Below, piece after piece: positions 12,630 to 25,957 of a stretch of DNA of 64,000 nucleotides (position 1 is its first letter; the number at the start of each line of letters is the position of its first letter). Source of the stretch: Octopus vulgaris (taxonomy: Eukaryota); NCBI GenBank assembly GCA_951406725.2, contig OX597814.1, positions 199,020,001 to 199,084,000 on the forward strand. The letters run 5' to 3'. Both the position numbers and the translations under genes were made by a program. The notes under the pieces are model-generated. The model did no database searches. It saw only the letters and a program-made list of their open reading frames with translations, and had not been told where the DNA came from.

Positions 12630-12830
12630 TTAAGTCTCGTCTTGTCTTTACCTTCGAACGCGGAGTAGACGAAACAGGGACAACTGAAGAAGGGGAATAT
12701 TCCTTGTGTTGTATGTCTTGTACTCTGTTCTTTCGTTATTTAAAAAATAGTTCGTTTCCATGTTTTTGTTTTTATGTTTTCGTTTCTCATTGCGTTCAAC
12801 GTTTTTTTTTGATGTCCTGTATCCATATTT
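12630..12830 (+). mobile_element. Repeat fragment, probably PLE pLTR-derived (homolog of 34021-34610)
   Basis: ccttcgaacgcggagtagacg and tttatgttttcgtttctcattgcgttcaacg...gtcctgtatccata match the reverse complement of 34021-34120. Next to a TA-rich array. Confidence 0.5.
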
Positions 12831-13003
12831 GCATGTATATATACATATATATATATGTAGGTATGTACATATATGCAGATATTTATATATTATTTATATT
12901 ATTATATGATCGAACGCCACGCATCCTTTTCTAAGTAAGTTTTTATCTATATATACATATATATATATGTGCATATATATGTGCAAATATATATGTATAT
13001 ATA

Positions 13004-13073
<70 letters not shown>

Positions 13074-13074
<1 letters not shown>

Positions 13075-13262
13075 TTTATTTAAAGCAGCAGAAAATTCAA
13101 CAAAATCTGTTACTCTGAGTTTCTCGTTGCCGTTCATCAGACAGTTCATCAGAGTAACAGATTTTGTTGAATTTTCTGCTGCTTTAAATAAAGCATATTA
13201 CTCTACCACTGGTATTTGAGTACTCTTTTTTCCACCTTGTTTCACATTTATGTGTTTACTCC

Positions 13263-13264
<2 letters not shown>
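13074..13264. mobile_element. PLE pLTR fold-back fragment inside (TA)n
   Basis: 45-bp perfect inverted arms at 13074-13118 and 13149-13193 plus a one-sided extension. Same family as 31474-31713. Confidence 0.75.
13107..13144 (-). ncRNA. Minimal type-I hammerhead motif
   Basis: CUGU-CUGAUGA-ACG(GCAA)CGA-GAAA-CUC(A)GAG-UA-ACAG. Confidence 0.8.
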
Positions 13265-13303
<39 letters not shown>

Positions 13304-13950
13304 GTTTACATAGTGTATAAAAATATAAAATACTTTGGAGAAAGTGCAAAACTTTCCTCTCAATATCTGTTTCTGGATGTACGGAATTCCGGAAATATGT
13401 AATAATGATAATGTTCATAATTAGCGGACGGAATGTGCGGAAGGTCATGGATGTACAACTAGTAAATAGTCGCGTAGAGATATTTCCATAAAATCGGTTA
13501 TGGATTTTTTTTTTTACTTATTGATTGAAATAAGATCAAATTGTTTTTGTGAAACTAAAGAAAGTAATTCAATAAATCCCCCTCACTGATTGTAAACTAT
13601 TGAAATGTGTTTTGTTACATTATTAAAAGATACAAAATCAAATAAATAATCGTACAAATTGTATTATCTTTGAAAACACACAAACAGCAAAATATAATTA
13701 CTCTTTGTTCGAATACTTCTTCAACATGCTTCAAGTTAACATAAAGATTCGCTGCGAGGCATGTAACAGAAATTATTTCCTGCCGTACTTTAGTAAATAC
13801 ATCAATTTTTTTTTTTTTACGAAAGGAAGTCTAACATATTTGAAGATGAAAAAACAAACAATAATGTTGTTTATAAAGATGATAAAGAGGCGCTCATTTC
13901 AAGTAGAGTCGGAATTAAGTGTGATTGCATATAAACAATTACACTGCATT

Positions 13951-13952
<2 letters not shown>

Positions 13953-14031
<79 letters not shown>

Positions 14032-14106
14032 CTGTGTTATATCTGTGTGTGTGTGTGTTATATGTGTGTGTGTGTGTGTTATATGTGTGTGTGTGTGTGT
14101 ATGTGT

Positions 14107-14147
<41 letters not shown>

Positions 14148-14265
14148 TATATATAAATATATATATGTGTGTGTGTGTGTTTTATATATATATATATATA
14201 TGCGTGTGTGTGTGTGTGTGTGTTATATATATATATATATATATATGCGTGTGTGTGTGTGTGTG

Positions 14266-14298
<33 letters not shown>

Positions 14299-14350
14299 TG
14301 TGTGTTATATATATATATATATATATATATATCCATGTGTGTGTGTGTGT
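13953..14350. repeat. Compound CA/TA/TG microsatellite
   Basis: Direct reading. Confidence 0.95.
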
Positions 14351-14743
14351 AAATGAGTGTTTTTATTTATGTTAAGTTATACTGAATGGTTACACAATAT
14401 GAATTATTGAGTACACAATAGTTCTTTTACAAGAATAGCGTTGGCAGTGACTTCGAAGTTTCAGTCTACGTAGTTTCTGCCACAATATGTTGAATGTTAC
14501 GTAGACCGAAACTTCGAATTCAATGTTGATACTGTTCTTGTAAATGAATACATAACGTAAAATAATATGGATTTAATATCCGAGCTGGTATCTTATGTGT
14601 ATTCTGATATAATCCAGATGTTGTCAACCAAATCAAATGATCGGGAACATTCAGAGTCATTTAAGATAAACAATTAAACCGTAGTTCACTCGACTGGTAA
14701 CCCCATACAATGTATATAATCAAGAAATCATATTGAAGAGTGG

Positions 14744-15109
14744 AAGGCGGCGAGCTGACAGAACCTTTAGGACGCCGGGCGAAATGCTTAGCGGTATTTC
14801 GTTGCCGCTACGTTCTGAGTTCAAATTCCTACGGGGTCGATCGATAAATTAAGTACCAGTTACGCACTGGGGTCGATGTAATCGACTTAAACCGTTTGTT
14901 TGTCCTTGTTTGTCCCCTCTATGTTTAGCCCCTTGTGGATAATAAAGAAACGGGTATTTCGTTTGTCTTTACCTTCTGAGTTTAAATACCGCCGAGGTCG
15001 ACTTTGTCTTTCGGGTTCGATAAATTAAGTACTATTTGCGCACTGGGGTCGATCTAATCGACTGGCCCCCTACCCAATAATTTCGGGCCTTTGGCCTAGA
15101 GTAGAAAAG
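14744..15109 (+). mobile_element. SINE family A dimer
   Basis: Family A core twice, with imperfect flanking repeat atcatattgaagagtgg / attatattgaagaatgg. Confidence 0.85.
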
Positions 15110-15326
15110 ATTATATTGAAGAATGGGTGAATTATACATTTTCAAATTTGTTTCTTATTAAAATATTTTCTTCATATTCCACTCCTAAACGTGTTTCAGA
15201 GAGATAAGTCTCCAAAACTCGTTTGCTATAGCAGTAACGTGCATTTACTTGATTTATATTAAATCAATTGTAATACATATTCATCTAAAAATTGACAAAT
15301 CTTATATTATATGTACACACACACAC

Positions 15327-15392
<66 letters not shown>

Positions 15393-15556
15393 AATAATGA
15401 AGGGTGAAATTAATTAATTTGGAATAATTATCAATTACACCAAGTAGTCTTCGGCATGTAAAAGCCTCATTCGAGGAAAATTTAAGTAATACTAAGCAAT
15501 AAAGGGTTTAGCAACGTAAGGCAATTCGTTGCTAAACCCTTTATTGCTTAGTATTA

Positions 15557-15591
<35 letters not shown>

Positions 15592-15714
15592 GGCGGTGCC
15601 CCAGCATGGCCACAGCTCGTGAGCTGAAACTAGAATCAATCAATATATATAATTTTTTTTAGTAATGAGATAAAAAAAACCAAGGCTGTGTAGATCTTAG
15701 TACATTATAGATAG

Positions 15715-15762
15715 GTCTTACAGCTGTTTCCAGGATATTTATTATATCCCTTCATCGTAGAC
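15715..15762 (-). ncRNA. Degenerate hammerhead motif in a PLE-like fragment
   Basis: GUCU-(ac)GAUGA-AGGGAUAU(aauaa)AUAUCCUG-GAAA-CAGCUG-UA-AGAC. Stem I and the palindromic stem III are intact; the core has two changes. Confidence 0.6.
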
Positions 15763-16728
15763 AGTGTGAGAGGGTGGTTAAGAAATAGTTAAGTTAGATA
15801 AGATATAAAATAGAGTGAGGTGGAGGAAAGAAAAGAAACTAGATGTGAGATATGTAGGGATATTGCATTTGTAGATCCATTTTCTAGGAAGAGTGGTTTA
15901 CATAAAAGATTCCAATACCTCATGAGTAAAATCCAATAGTATTTAAAATTGGTCATTTCAAGTATAGAGTTTATACACTGATTCTAGTACTTGCCTGGTA
16001 TCTTATTTTATCGACCTCGGTGTAATGAAGGACAAAGTTGTCCTCGACAGCATTTTAACACAACTGGAAGAAAGGTCCCTGAGCATTTTGACTGACATAC
16101 CAATATAAAATAACAGTTCGCTGGTATTTTATATTATGTCGTTTTTAGGTTGTGAACAGTTTTTAATAGATTTCCAGAACTACGCAAAATCATCGCTTTA
16201 AAATATAAACCACCCTAAATTTCGTCCACGCTTTCTTGTAATAGTTCAACTAATACAAATATGGAGTATGATTGCCTGTGGTTATGTATTAAAATTGTTA
16301 TCTCGTAAAGCATATAGAAATATTGGTATCTTAAAAATCTTTTGAAATCTTTCGACGGTTAATCAATCTTTTTTCTTTTTCCTTAAACTTTATATATGGT
16401 AAATGCATCTGGAATGTTTTATTCTATCTCTATTTCTGATTGGAATTAGATCTATATTTAGATTTAGATTGTTTCTTAGTTGAGAATCTGACACTAGATT
16501 AAGAAGATGATGTGGGTATTATGTATTAAAGGGATTTATAGAATTAATCTCTTCGTTATTTTTACTTTCATATTTTTGCGCTGTGATGCATTCATTCAAC
16601 GAAATCTATTTTTTCACATCAGCCATTTCTTCTTTCCTTGCCGTTCTTCCTTATTCTTCTGGAATACAAAACATCTTCTGAAATTAGGTTTTTCCATTTT
16701 TTCCGAGCATTTACATTTCAACTTTTAG

Positions 16729-17110
16729 GGCGGCGAGCTGGCAGAGTCGTTAGCACGTCTGCCGTTACGTGCTGAGTTCATATTCCGCCGAGGTCGACTT
16801 TGTCTCTCATCCTTTCGGTGTCGATTAAATAAGTACCAGTTATGCACTGGGGTAGATATAATCGACTTAACCCGTTTATCTATCCTTGTTTTCCCTCTCT
16901 GTGTTTAGCCCCTTGTGGGTAGTAAAGAAATAGGTATTTCGTCTGCCACTACGTTCTGAGTTCAAATTCCGCCGAGGTCGACTTTGCCTTTTATCCTTTC
17001 GGGGTCGATTAATTAAGACCCAGTTACGCACTGGGGGTCGATGTAATCGACTTAATCCTTTTGTCTTTGTCCCCTCTATGTTTAGCCCCTTGTGACCAAT
17101 AAAGAAATAA
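16729..17110 (+). mobile_element. SINE family A dimer
   Basis: Head ggcggcgagctggcaga plus two bodies. Confidence 0.9.
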
Positions 17111-17118
17111 ATATTTTA

Positions 17119-17398
<280 letters not shown>

Positions 17399-17574
17399 GC
17401 TTGCATACTTATGTAACTATCTATCTACTTCTGTCTTCTGCTGGTATGTCTGCCTGTCTGTCCGTCTGCCTGTCTGTCCGTCTGCCTGACGGTCTGTGTG
17501 TGTATGTGAGTGTGTCTGTTTATCGATCGACCAATCGATATATCTTTCGATCGATTTATCTATCCACCTTTCCT

Positions 17575-17878
17575 CACCACCATTATCAACATCAGCAGCA
17601 GCAGCAGCAGCAACATCGCCACCGTCAGCAATCTTTTTCTTTCTCTTCTTATCAATTGGGTTCTTCCTCTTTCTACTTTCTCTTCCACAGCAGCAGCGTA
17701 ACTACTACTACTACTACAACTACTACTACAACTACTACTACTACCACCACCACCACCTCCACCACCACCACCACTACTACTACTGCTGCTGCTACAAGTA
17801 CAGCTACTACTACAGCGGCTGCTGCTGCTCTGACTGCTACTACTACCACCACCACTACTACACTACTACTACTACTAT

Positions 17879-17935
<57 letters not shown>

Positions 17936-17942
17936 CACCACC

Positions 17943-18004
<62 letters not shown>

Positions 18005-18201
18005 ACATTTCTATGTGCTTTAGATTTCATTCTGATCATCACCTTCTTATTGGCAAGCACAAATTGTTTTTTTTTTCAGTTTTTTTATCTTCATTTTGGT
18101 TTTCCTATCTGATTTTTTATTACTACTACCAATAGCTACGTCACAAATATCAATAAAAACGATTGCAACAACAACAACATCTACTACTAGTAGTCGTGGT
18201 G

Positions 18202-18251
<50 letters not shown>
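17575..18251. repeat. Trinucleotide arrays (CAG, CTA, CCA, GTA)
   Basis: Direct reading. Confidence 0.95.
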
Positions 18252-18252
<1 letters not shown>

Positions 18253-18429
18253 TTTAGCCAGCGGGACCTGTATAAATTCTATGGTGTAATATTTCAAAAT
18301 GTTGTATTACTATATTAAGCGCAAGCAAATAATTACAAAAAGTTCTTTTGAAATCCTGCAATTTAAAGATAGAAGTGAAGCCCACAGTTATTTGCTAAGT
18401 GGGGTTATTTTACTTTGATTTAAATGGCA

Positions 18430-18610
18430 AAGTGTAAAGACTACCCTCGGTCATGAATGACAATGGGATTGCTCCTGGAAAGTATCCCTCAAAGAAAAAA
18501 GTCCGGACAAAGTTGTTTATAGAAGACCAGCTGTCGCTCATGTACAGCAGCCTCTCGTCTCCACGCCACTGATGTTATCCAAGGGAAAAGAAAAATCCGA
18601 TACAGCTTGG
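18430..18610 (-). mobile_element. Retroelement 3'-tail fragment (homolog at 33222-33285, + strand)
   Basis: ccctcggtcatgaatgacaatgggattgc is the near reverse complement of gcaatcccatggtcattcatgaccgaagg. Confidence 0.55.
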
Positions 18611-18740
18611 GTGGTCAAGCTGTATCGGATTTTTCTTTATATAAATATAAAGTTAATCCAAACAAGCAAGCACAAAAAACATAACAACGCGAGGACGTGG
18701 AACAAATATAGTATTATTGGACGCTCAGGAAAGAAGGAAG

Positions 18741-18775
18741 GTTTAACGTTTCGAGCGGAGCTCTTCGTCGGAAAC
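18741..18775 (-). ncRNA. Minimal type-I hammerhead motif in a pLTR-like fragment (18640-18850)
   Basis: GUUU-CCGACGA-A-GAGC(ucc)GCUC-GAAA-CG-UU-AAAC. Confidence 0.7.
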
Positions 18776-20483
18776 ATAGAAGGAAAGTTCCAGAGAAGGG
18801 AAGACAGAGGAAAAAAAATCGCCAACGGTACACACGCGGTCACATTTTGAACGGTACACTCGCGGTCATACGATACATATATAGGGCAGCGAATATTCGC
18901 TATAAATATCACCACCAGTGGTCCAACATGTTTAAATAGTCAATAGACAACATATCCAAATATGTATCGTTATCTTTTATCTTTTACTTGTTTCAGTCAT
19001 TAGACTGAGGCCATGCTGGGGCACCGCCTTTTAATGTATATATATATTTAATATATATTTGCCAACTAAATGTGCCGGTCCCATAAAGGACGATGTTACT
19101 GTTGTTTTTAGCCCCAGGAAGACATCTCCTCCAGCTGGCTAACGACACATTCTGTTTCCGATTAGTGTTGGCGAGGGAAGGTCATCGATCCCATCCCTAG
19201 CCTCACGTGATACACACAGACCCGGGTTTCTAGGTCGTTTCCCGTCTTCAGTGTGTGACAAATCACCAGCTAGTGATGAAAACACATTCCACTCGCAAAA
19301 TAGTATATGCTTTTTCCAGCGACAAACTGTCGCTGATCTTGAAAAAGGAGAAAGGAGAAATAAACTATATTAAATCTCTGAACGAGATGTAAACTGTAAC
19401 AGAACGGAATCGTAAAATATACGTGCCAACTAAATATGCTTGCATTTAATTCAATATTTTCCATTTCGGTGAACTCTCTCATAAATTTCTATTATGTAAA
19501 ACAATCATGTTATACACTTACAAAGTTTACATTCATATATCTAGCTACAACATTTCATCCCTCTATTATGAAGTTGAAATTAATTTTCGTGCTCATTTCT
19601 TATTTTAAACACATAGGAGCGTTTTGAATTGTAAATTATTCGAAAGTGTGTTCTCGATAGTTCTGGCTCTTTCTATATATAATTGGTTTAGGTGATACAA
19701 TTTCTTTAAATATTACAACACATTTTGCGCAACTTGCTCTTCGCTTTAATTGAGGTAAAGATATTAAGTTATCGCAAAAATTTGTGAGCTTAACTTCCCA
19801 AAGCACAGAAATTTGCTCTGATATATAGATATCGTATTTGAGTAAATGTCTTGATTTAATTTTCCTGTACCTATTTGTTTTAGCTTTACCTATGTGGCTT
19901 TTATACATATTATCAATCTGCGATCTGTTTCCGCTTTATTTTGCCGTCTCACTAATTTACTTAGCATAAGAAAAATATTCTCAATATAATTGCGCAGTTA
20001 TTATAATTTAATAAAGCAGTTCTTCCCGTGATCTGGTTTTCAATTCTTTTCTTATTGTTGATTTTAACTTCTTTGGGTGCACTCACAAGTATTTGCATAT
20101 CAAATTAATTATTCATAAATAATTTCTCGTTATTTTCGACTTTGAATGTAATTAGTTTCCATTCGTTGGTATATTCAAGCGTTGTGAATTCATCTCATGA
20201 TGAAAACCAGATCATATCGGAAATAATATTTGGCAGACTTCCCCATCCAGACACAGAACATAGACACTCAGTGACAATAATGTTATTAGCAGAGACACCC
20301 AAGATGAAAATGGGGGCCCAGCAAAGTAATTGTTGGTGGATGGGGTCGACAGAAATGTCCAACGTAGTGTGATAATATATATTTGCAGTTGCAACTTTCA
20401 GTATCTAAACCTCGCATATCACCTCCAGTGATTAACATATCCACTTTCGGACAGACGCGAAGTTTTAACTACAGAAAAATATT

Positions 20484-21125
20484 CTTTTCTACTCTAGGCA
20501 TCAGGCCCAAAGGTTTTAGAGACGAGGCCAGTCGATTTGATCGATCCCAGTATGCAACTCGTACTTAATTTATCGACCCCGAAAGGATGAGGGGCAAAGT
20601 CAACCACGTCCGAATTTGAACTCAGAACGTAAAGACAGACGAGATACCGCTAAACATTTCGCCCGGCGTGCTAAAGTTTCTGCCAGCTCTCCGCTTTATA
20701 TATGGAACATATTCTTTTCTACTCTAGGCACAAGGCCCAAAAGTTTTGCAGAGGGGGACGGTCGATTAGATCGACCCCAGTACGCAACTAGTACTTAAAT
20801 TATCAACACCAAAAGGATGAAGGGCAAAGTAAACCCGGCGGAATTTGAACTGAGAACTAAGCATTTCGCCCGGCGTGCTAACGTTTCTTATTTCTTTACT
20901 GCCCACAAGGGACTACACACAGAGGGGACAAACAAGGACAGACAAACGGATTAAGTCGATTATATCGACCCCAGTGCGTAACTGGTACTTATTTAATTCC
21001 ACCCGAAAGGATGAAAGGCAAAGTCGACCTCGGCGGAATTTGAACTCAGAGCGTAGCGGTAGACGAAATACCGCTAAGCATTTCGCCCGGCATGCCAACG
21101 TTTCTGCCAGCTCGTTGCCTTAACA
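20484..21125 (-). mobile_element. SINE family A multimer (about three units)
   Basis: Repeated family A cores flanked by acagaaaaatatt at 20471-20483 and 21126-21138. Confidence 0.85.
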
Positions 21126-21658
21126 ACAGAAAAATATTACAAAAGTTTTGGTATAATACGAGTAATATGTGTTATAAGCGTAATATACGACGTGTTCTTA
21201 CTTTCAGGCACCTGTTCTGCTTTTGTGTTATATTTTAATCTTGTAATATTGGTTTAAAATAGTGACACAAACCAGCATTTCGTCTGATGTGCTAACGATT
21301 CTACCAACTCGCCCTTTTCGATCTTCTACTATTAAGATCTAGTAAGGTGGTGAGCTGGCGGAATTGTTTGCACCCACGCACACACACACACTTATATATA
21401 AATACATATATGCAAAGGCTTCTTGCAGTTTCCCTTTACCAAATCCACCTAGAAGGATTTGGTCTGTCCAGGGCTAGTAGAAGATACTTAATCAAGGTGC
21501 CACGCACACATTAGGATCGTACCTGAAACCATGCTGTTGGTAAGCAAACTGCTCGCTACAGATCCACACCTATATAATATCAAATTTCATTTTCCAATAT
21601 TTATTTGGACGAAAGTTTTAACACTCACCCATTTTTCTTTGCTTCTCTGTCCTCTTTA

Positions 21659-21690
<32 letters not shown>

Positions 21691-22747
21691 TTTTCTTTCT
21701 TTCTTTCCTTCTTTCTTTCTTTTTCTTATTCGAAAAGTGAATTGTTTGCGAATACGTTCTCGTTTTTGCCAGTTGTTTCTGACTTACAGATATTTATACA
21801 ATATCAAATAGTCTTCAAGTGTTATTGACACTAACAAGAAAGCATCTGTTAAAGAGCTGCATGTATTTAATTTATGAAACAAACTACACACATACAGACA
21901 TAAACAAATAGATATATAGACCCATACAGTGATACATACATACTTACATACATATACACACACACATATATATATATATATATACGCATATTCATTCATA
22001 CATAAATTTGCATCTATGTATGTACATATGTATGCAAATATATATATATATTTGTATGCAAATGTATATATATATGTATACATGTATATATGTATATATA
22101 AAGTATATTTACAACTACATACATACATACAGTCGTTGGAAACGTGATAGCTCTATCATTTATATCTCCCTCTCGCTAATCCTTCCTCATTGTACATAAA
22201 GATATTTTTCTTTTGTATCTATGAAGTATTTATTCACATAATTTAATACAACAATACATCGCAGGAATTCGATTTCGTGTATTACTCTAGTGTTGATTTT
22301 TACCGAGTTTGAATACATTAGCGAAACTTTTCTCGCTCGGTGAATTATTTATGAATACGCTCCGTATATTTCATGTTATTCCTGTATATCATGTTTGCAT
22401 GCTATAATATTTTGAAGCAGTCACAAAACTTAGAAGTCATTTCATTTTTGTTGACGATGGTATTAAGTTCTCAAACGCTCAAGCAAATATCAATTCGTTT
22501 CAACTGTTTTTCTGTAGATAGAACGATTATACTTTGAAGCGATTCCTACTACTGACGATCATGTCGATGAAGAAAGCGCATTGCATATCATGTAACACTC
22601 AACAACTCTTGTTCAGATTTCTATAAGTAGGTGATAATACCTACAGGAAAAGAAAATTATTTCACGGCAAATAGATAACACTGTAGTGGGAGAATTGATA
22701 CCCGTCGTGGACAGGATTTAAAATGTGCTTAGAAAGAAAGAGACGAA

Positions 22748-22968
22748 CCCTTTCGTTACTGCATTTATTTTGAGATGCTCTGTGTTTCTTTCAATTACTT
22801 TAAATATAACAAAGAATTTAGTAAAATAACTTAGTTATCATTCAGCTCGTGTTAGGAACATAAATTGCGACTAAGGTTTGGTGGAAGATTTTAATTCAAA
22901 GCTTATGAAAACAAGACATTTGTACTACAGAGCCAGAGCCAGTTTCAGCCGGGTTGGTAACGAAAGGG
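22748..22968. mobile_element. piggyBac-like MITE
   Basis: Perfect inverted termini aaccctttcgttac / gtaacgaaagggtt with degenerate TTAA flanks. Confidence 0.7.
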
Positions 22969-23015
22969 TTAGAGAGAAAACGGGCCACATTTATTGTCAT
23001 TGTGTGGGGTGTAAA

Positions 23016-23490
23016 CTAAGAATGTAAAATTCCAATCCGTGAGGCAGATGAGGTAGAGATGCTGCTACGGGGATTCTCAGCTTTGTGAACTTTGGGGAAG
23101 TAATCGATGATAGACATTCTGAATGCACAGATGCTGTTCGTCAAGGTACGAGAATGAGGGTTCGATATGATAGTGTACGCTGAAGAACTGAAGTAGAAAA
23201 GATAAGTTGCCAATGTGCTTCAAACAACTTTACCAACGTCATCTGTGCCACTAGAAATCTCGTATATTGCTTCAAATACTGAAATATGCGGCCTAGTATA
23301 TGTAGGTAAAATCCTTTGGTCCTGAAATAATTTTTCCATCATAACTCAGGGTCCAGTAAATATTATCCCCTATTAAGGTCAGGATAAGAATCAACATTTA
23401 TACAAAATCTTCAACATGGCCGAGTATATAAAACTAGGACACCGTCAGTTGATATTTCAGTTCGGCGTCTCAAAGACTTCGGCTTTTTAC
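23016..23490. pseudogene. Decayed Penelope-like element (RT motif on minus strand, GIY-YIG motif on plus strand)
   Basis: Minus: YFPKVHKAENPRSSI resembles the PLE RT motif LPKIHK..PGRPI. Plus 23244-23313: CATRNLVYCFK/(frameshift)ICGLVYVGK. Confidence 0.55.
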
Positions 23491-23602
23491 ACGACCGTAC
23501 CCAATGTTCAAATCCCCACGAGAAAAACCACACTTCTTTCATTTAGGACCCATATGTTTTCCGTAGTTAAATAATTACTTGCACACATTCATAAAAGCTG
23601 TA

Positions 23603-23753
23603 CGGCTGTGTGGTAAGTAGCTTGCTTACCAACCACGTGGTTCTGGGTTCAGTACACTGCGTGGCAACTTGGGCAAGTGTCTTCTACTATAGTCTCGGGC
23701 CGACCAATGCCTTGTGAATGGATTTGGTAGACAGAAACTGAAAGAAGCCTGTC

Positions 23754-23841
<88 letters not shown>

Positions 23842-24045
23842 TTGTGTGTCTGTGTTTGTTCCCCCAACATCGCTTGACAACCGATGCTGGTGTGTTTACG
23901 ACCACGTAACTTACAGTTCGGCAAAATATAGAATAAGTACTAGGCTTCCAAAGAATAAGTCTTATGGTCGATTTGCTCGACTAAAGGTGGTACTCCAGCT
24001 TGGCCGCAGTCAAATGACTGAAACAAGTAAAATAGAGTAAAAGAG
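23603..24045 (+). mobile_element. SINE family B, full, with internal (TA)n(TG)n
   Basis: Matches the other family B copies. Confidence 0.9.
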
Positions 24046-25050
24046 AATACCCCAAAATACACGTACATATATCGCGCGCTGTTTTCATTATAACAACACA
24101 ACAATCACCACATTATAACATTTTATTAAACACACAGAAACAACAACACTAAATACACTCACAGCACACGTACTCATATAAAATGGCCGCATGCATTTTC
24201 TAACAGTCTCCATTTCCGTACTCGTACAGCAACGCCATTTTATACACAAATATACACCTACCACGTATTGAAACACACAACGTTAGATACACACGCATAG
24301 AATCGCAATGACATACAGCTCACGTTCACATTATTTCTTTCAATATTGCTCTCGACTTTGTAAAGTTCCTTTGCTTGCTCTCCCCATTTCGCTCCACCAG
24401 TTCATTCGCCATTTAATTACAAATTATCTTGCATGAGCTACGTTCCACACTAATTTTCTTTCCTTTCATCCCCTTTATTTCTTTTCTTTCCTTCTCTTAC
24501 GTTTCTTTTACGAAGGATAACCAAACCGAGGCAGAACAACATTCCAGCGTGAAACTAATAAATTAACTCGGTGTTTCCGGTTTATGGTTGCGAGTGTTGT
24601 TCTTAAGACACTTCTTTGGGTTTCCTACACGCCGATGAATTAATTAGACGCCGTTCCTCGTGGACTATCCTGTTCAGATTACACAGCGTCTAAGATTACA
24701 TATACACAAACACACACACAGACACACACTGATACGTTCACATACATACAGGTGTGTTTGTATTTTGGCAGTGAGAATTTATTATTTAGGTATTTACGTA
24801 TGTCTGTATGTATGAGTTTTTGTGTCACACGGACACAAACACGTTTGACACCACCACTACTACTACTACAAGAAAAAATGGTGTTATAACGAGATGTTGG
24901 CTTAGCACCTCAATAAACATAATCAATAAAATAATTACCTGATGGAAATACGTAAAAGAGTTGATATTTCCGAATAATAAACCCTTTGGGACACTCCATC
25001 TTCATGGTAACGGAATAATGATTGAAGCATTTCGAAGAAGGAATAAATAA

Positions 25051-25390
25051 AGGCTGCGTGGTACCTTGGGCAAGTGTCTTCTACTATAGCCTCGGTCCGA
25101 TCAAATCCTTATGAATGGGTTTGATAGAAGGTATTTGGAAGAAGCCCATCGTGTATATATATATATATTTATGTGTCTGTTTGTGTCTATGTTTGTGCTC
25201 CGCCCCACCATCGCTTGACAACCGATCTTGGTGTGTTTATGTCTCCGTAATATAGCGGTTCGGCAAAAAGAGACCGATAAAATAATTACTAGGCTTACAA
25301 AGAATAAGTCCTGAGATCGCTTTGTTCGAGTAAAGGCGTTGCTCTAGCATGACCTCAGTCAAGTGACTGACACAAGTAAAAGAATAAAAA
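25051..25390 (+). mobile_element. SINE family B, 5'-truncated
   Basis: Matches family B. Confidence 0.85.
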
Positions 25391-25639
25391 AAATATAAAA
25401 TAAAATATTTGCGTATATCTTTAGGTTTGATCATTTTCATTAACGATTCGCAAGTTTTCTACATTTGTCCCCTCAGTTCAATTTCGAATACAAGCCTTCA
25501 TAAATCCATTCGATCATAATGAACCATGCCAAAATTTCAGTAAATAATGTCTCATAGAGATCTCGTCTTCAGTTTGCACAAAAACATTCATCCTACGAAA
25601 ACACACACACACATATACATACATACATACAAACATCAG

Positions 25640-25886
25640 TGAAAACGAAAGTAAATACGCTGATGTATTGAGGAATCAGCTGCTGCTGCTCTATCCAGAT
25701 CAAAAGTTCAGGTTTATACCTGAAATCCTTGGAGCACTGGGATATGTAAGACACTGTCTAAATACCAATCTTGAGAAATTAGGTTTCTAAAACAAGAAAG
25801 GTGAAAGCTTATACGAAGACTATAGATATAAGCCATCATTGGGACTATAAAAGTCTGTCAAGCTTTCCAAAAGTTTATCATTTAAG
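25640..25886 (+). mobile_element. Dong/R4-type LINE 3' end fragment
   Basis: Reads YADVLRNQLLLLYPDQKFRFIPEILGALGYVRHCLNTNLEKLGF*, the P..hGALG tail of restriction-like endonuclease LINEs. Preceded by (TACA)n. Confidence 0.7.
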
Positions 25887-25924
25887 AATATATGACTGTC
25901 TTCTGTGAAAATGAATCATCATAT

Positions 25925-25957
<33 letters not shown>

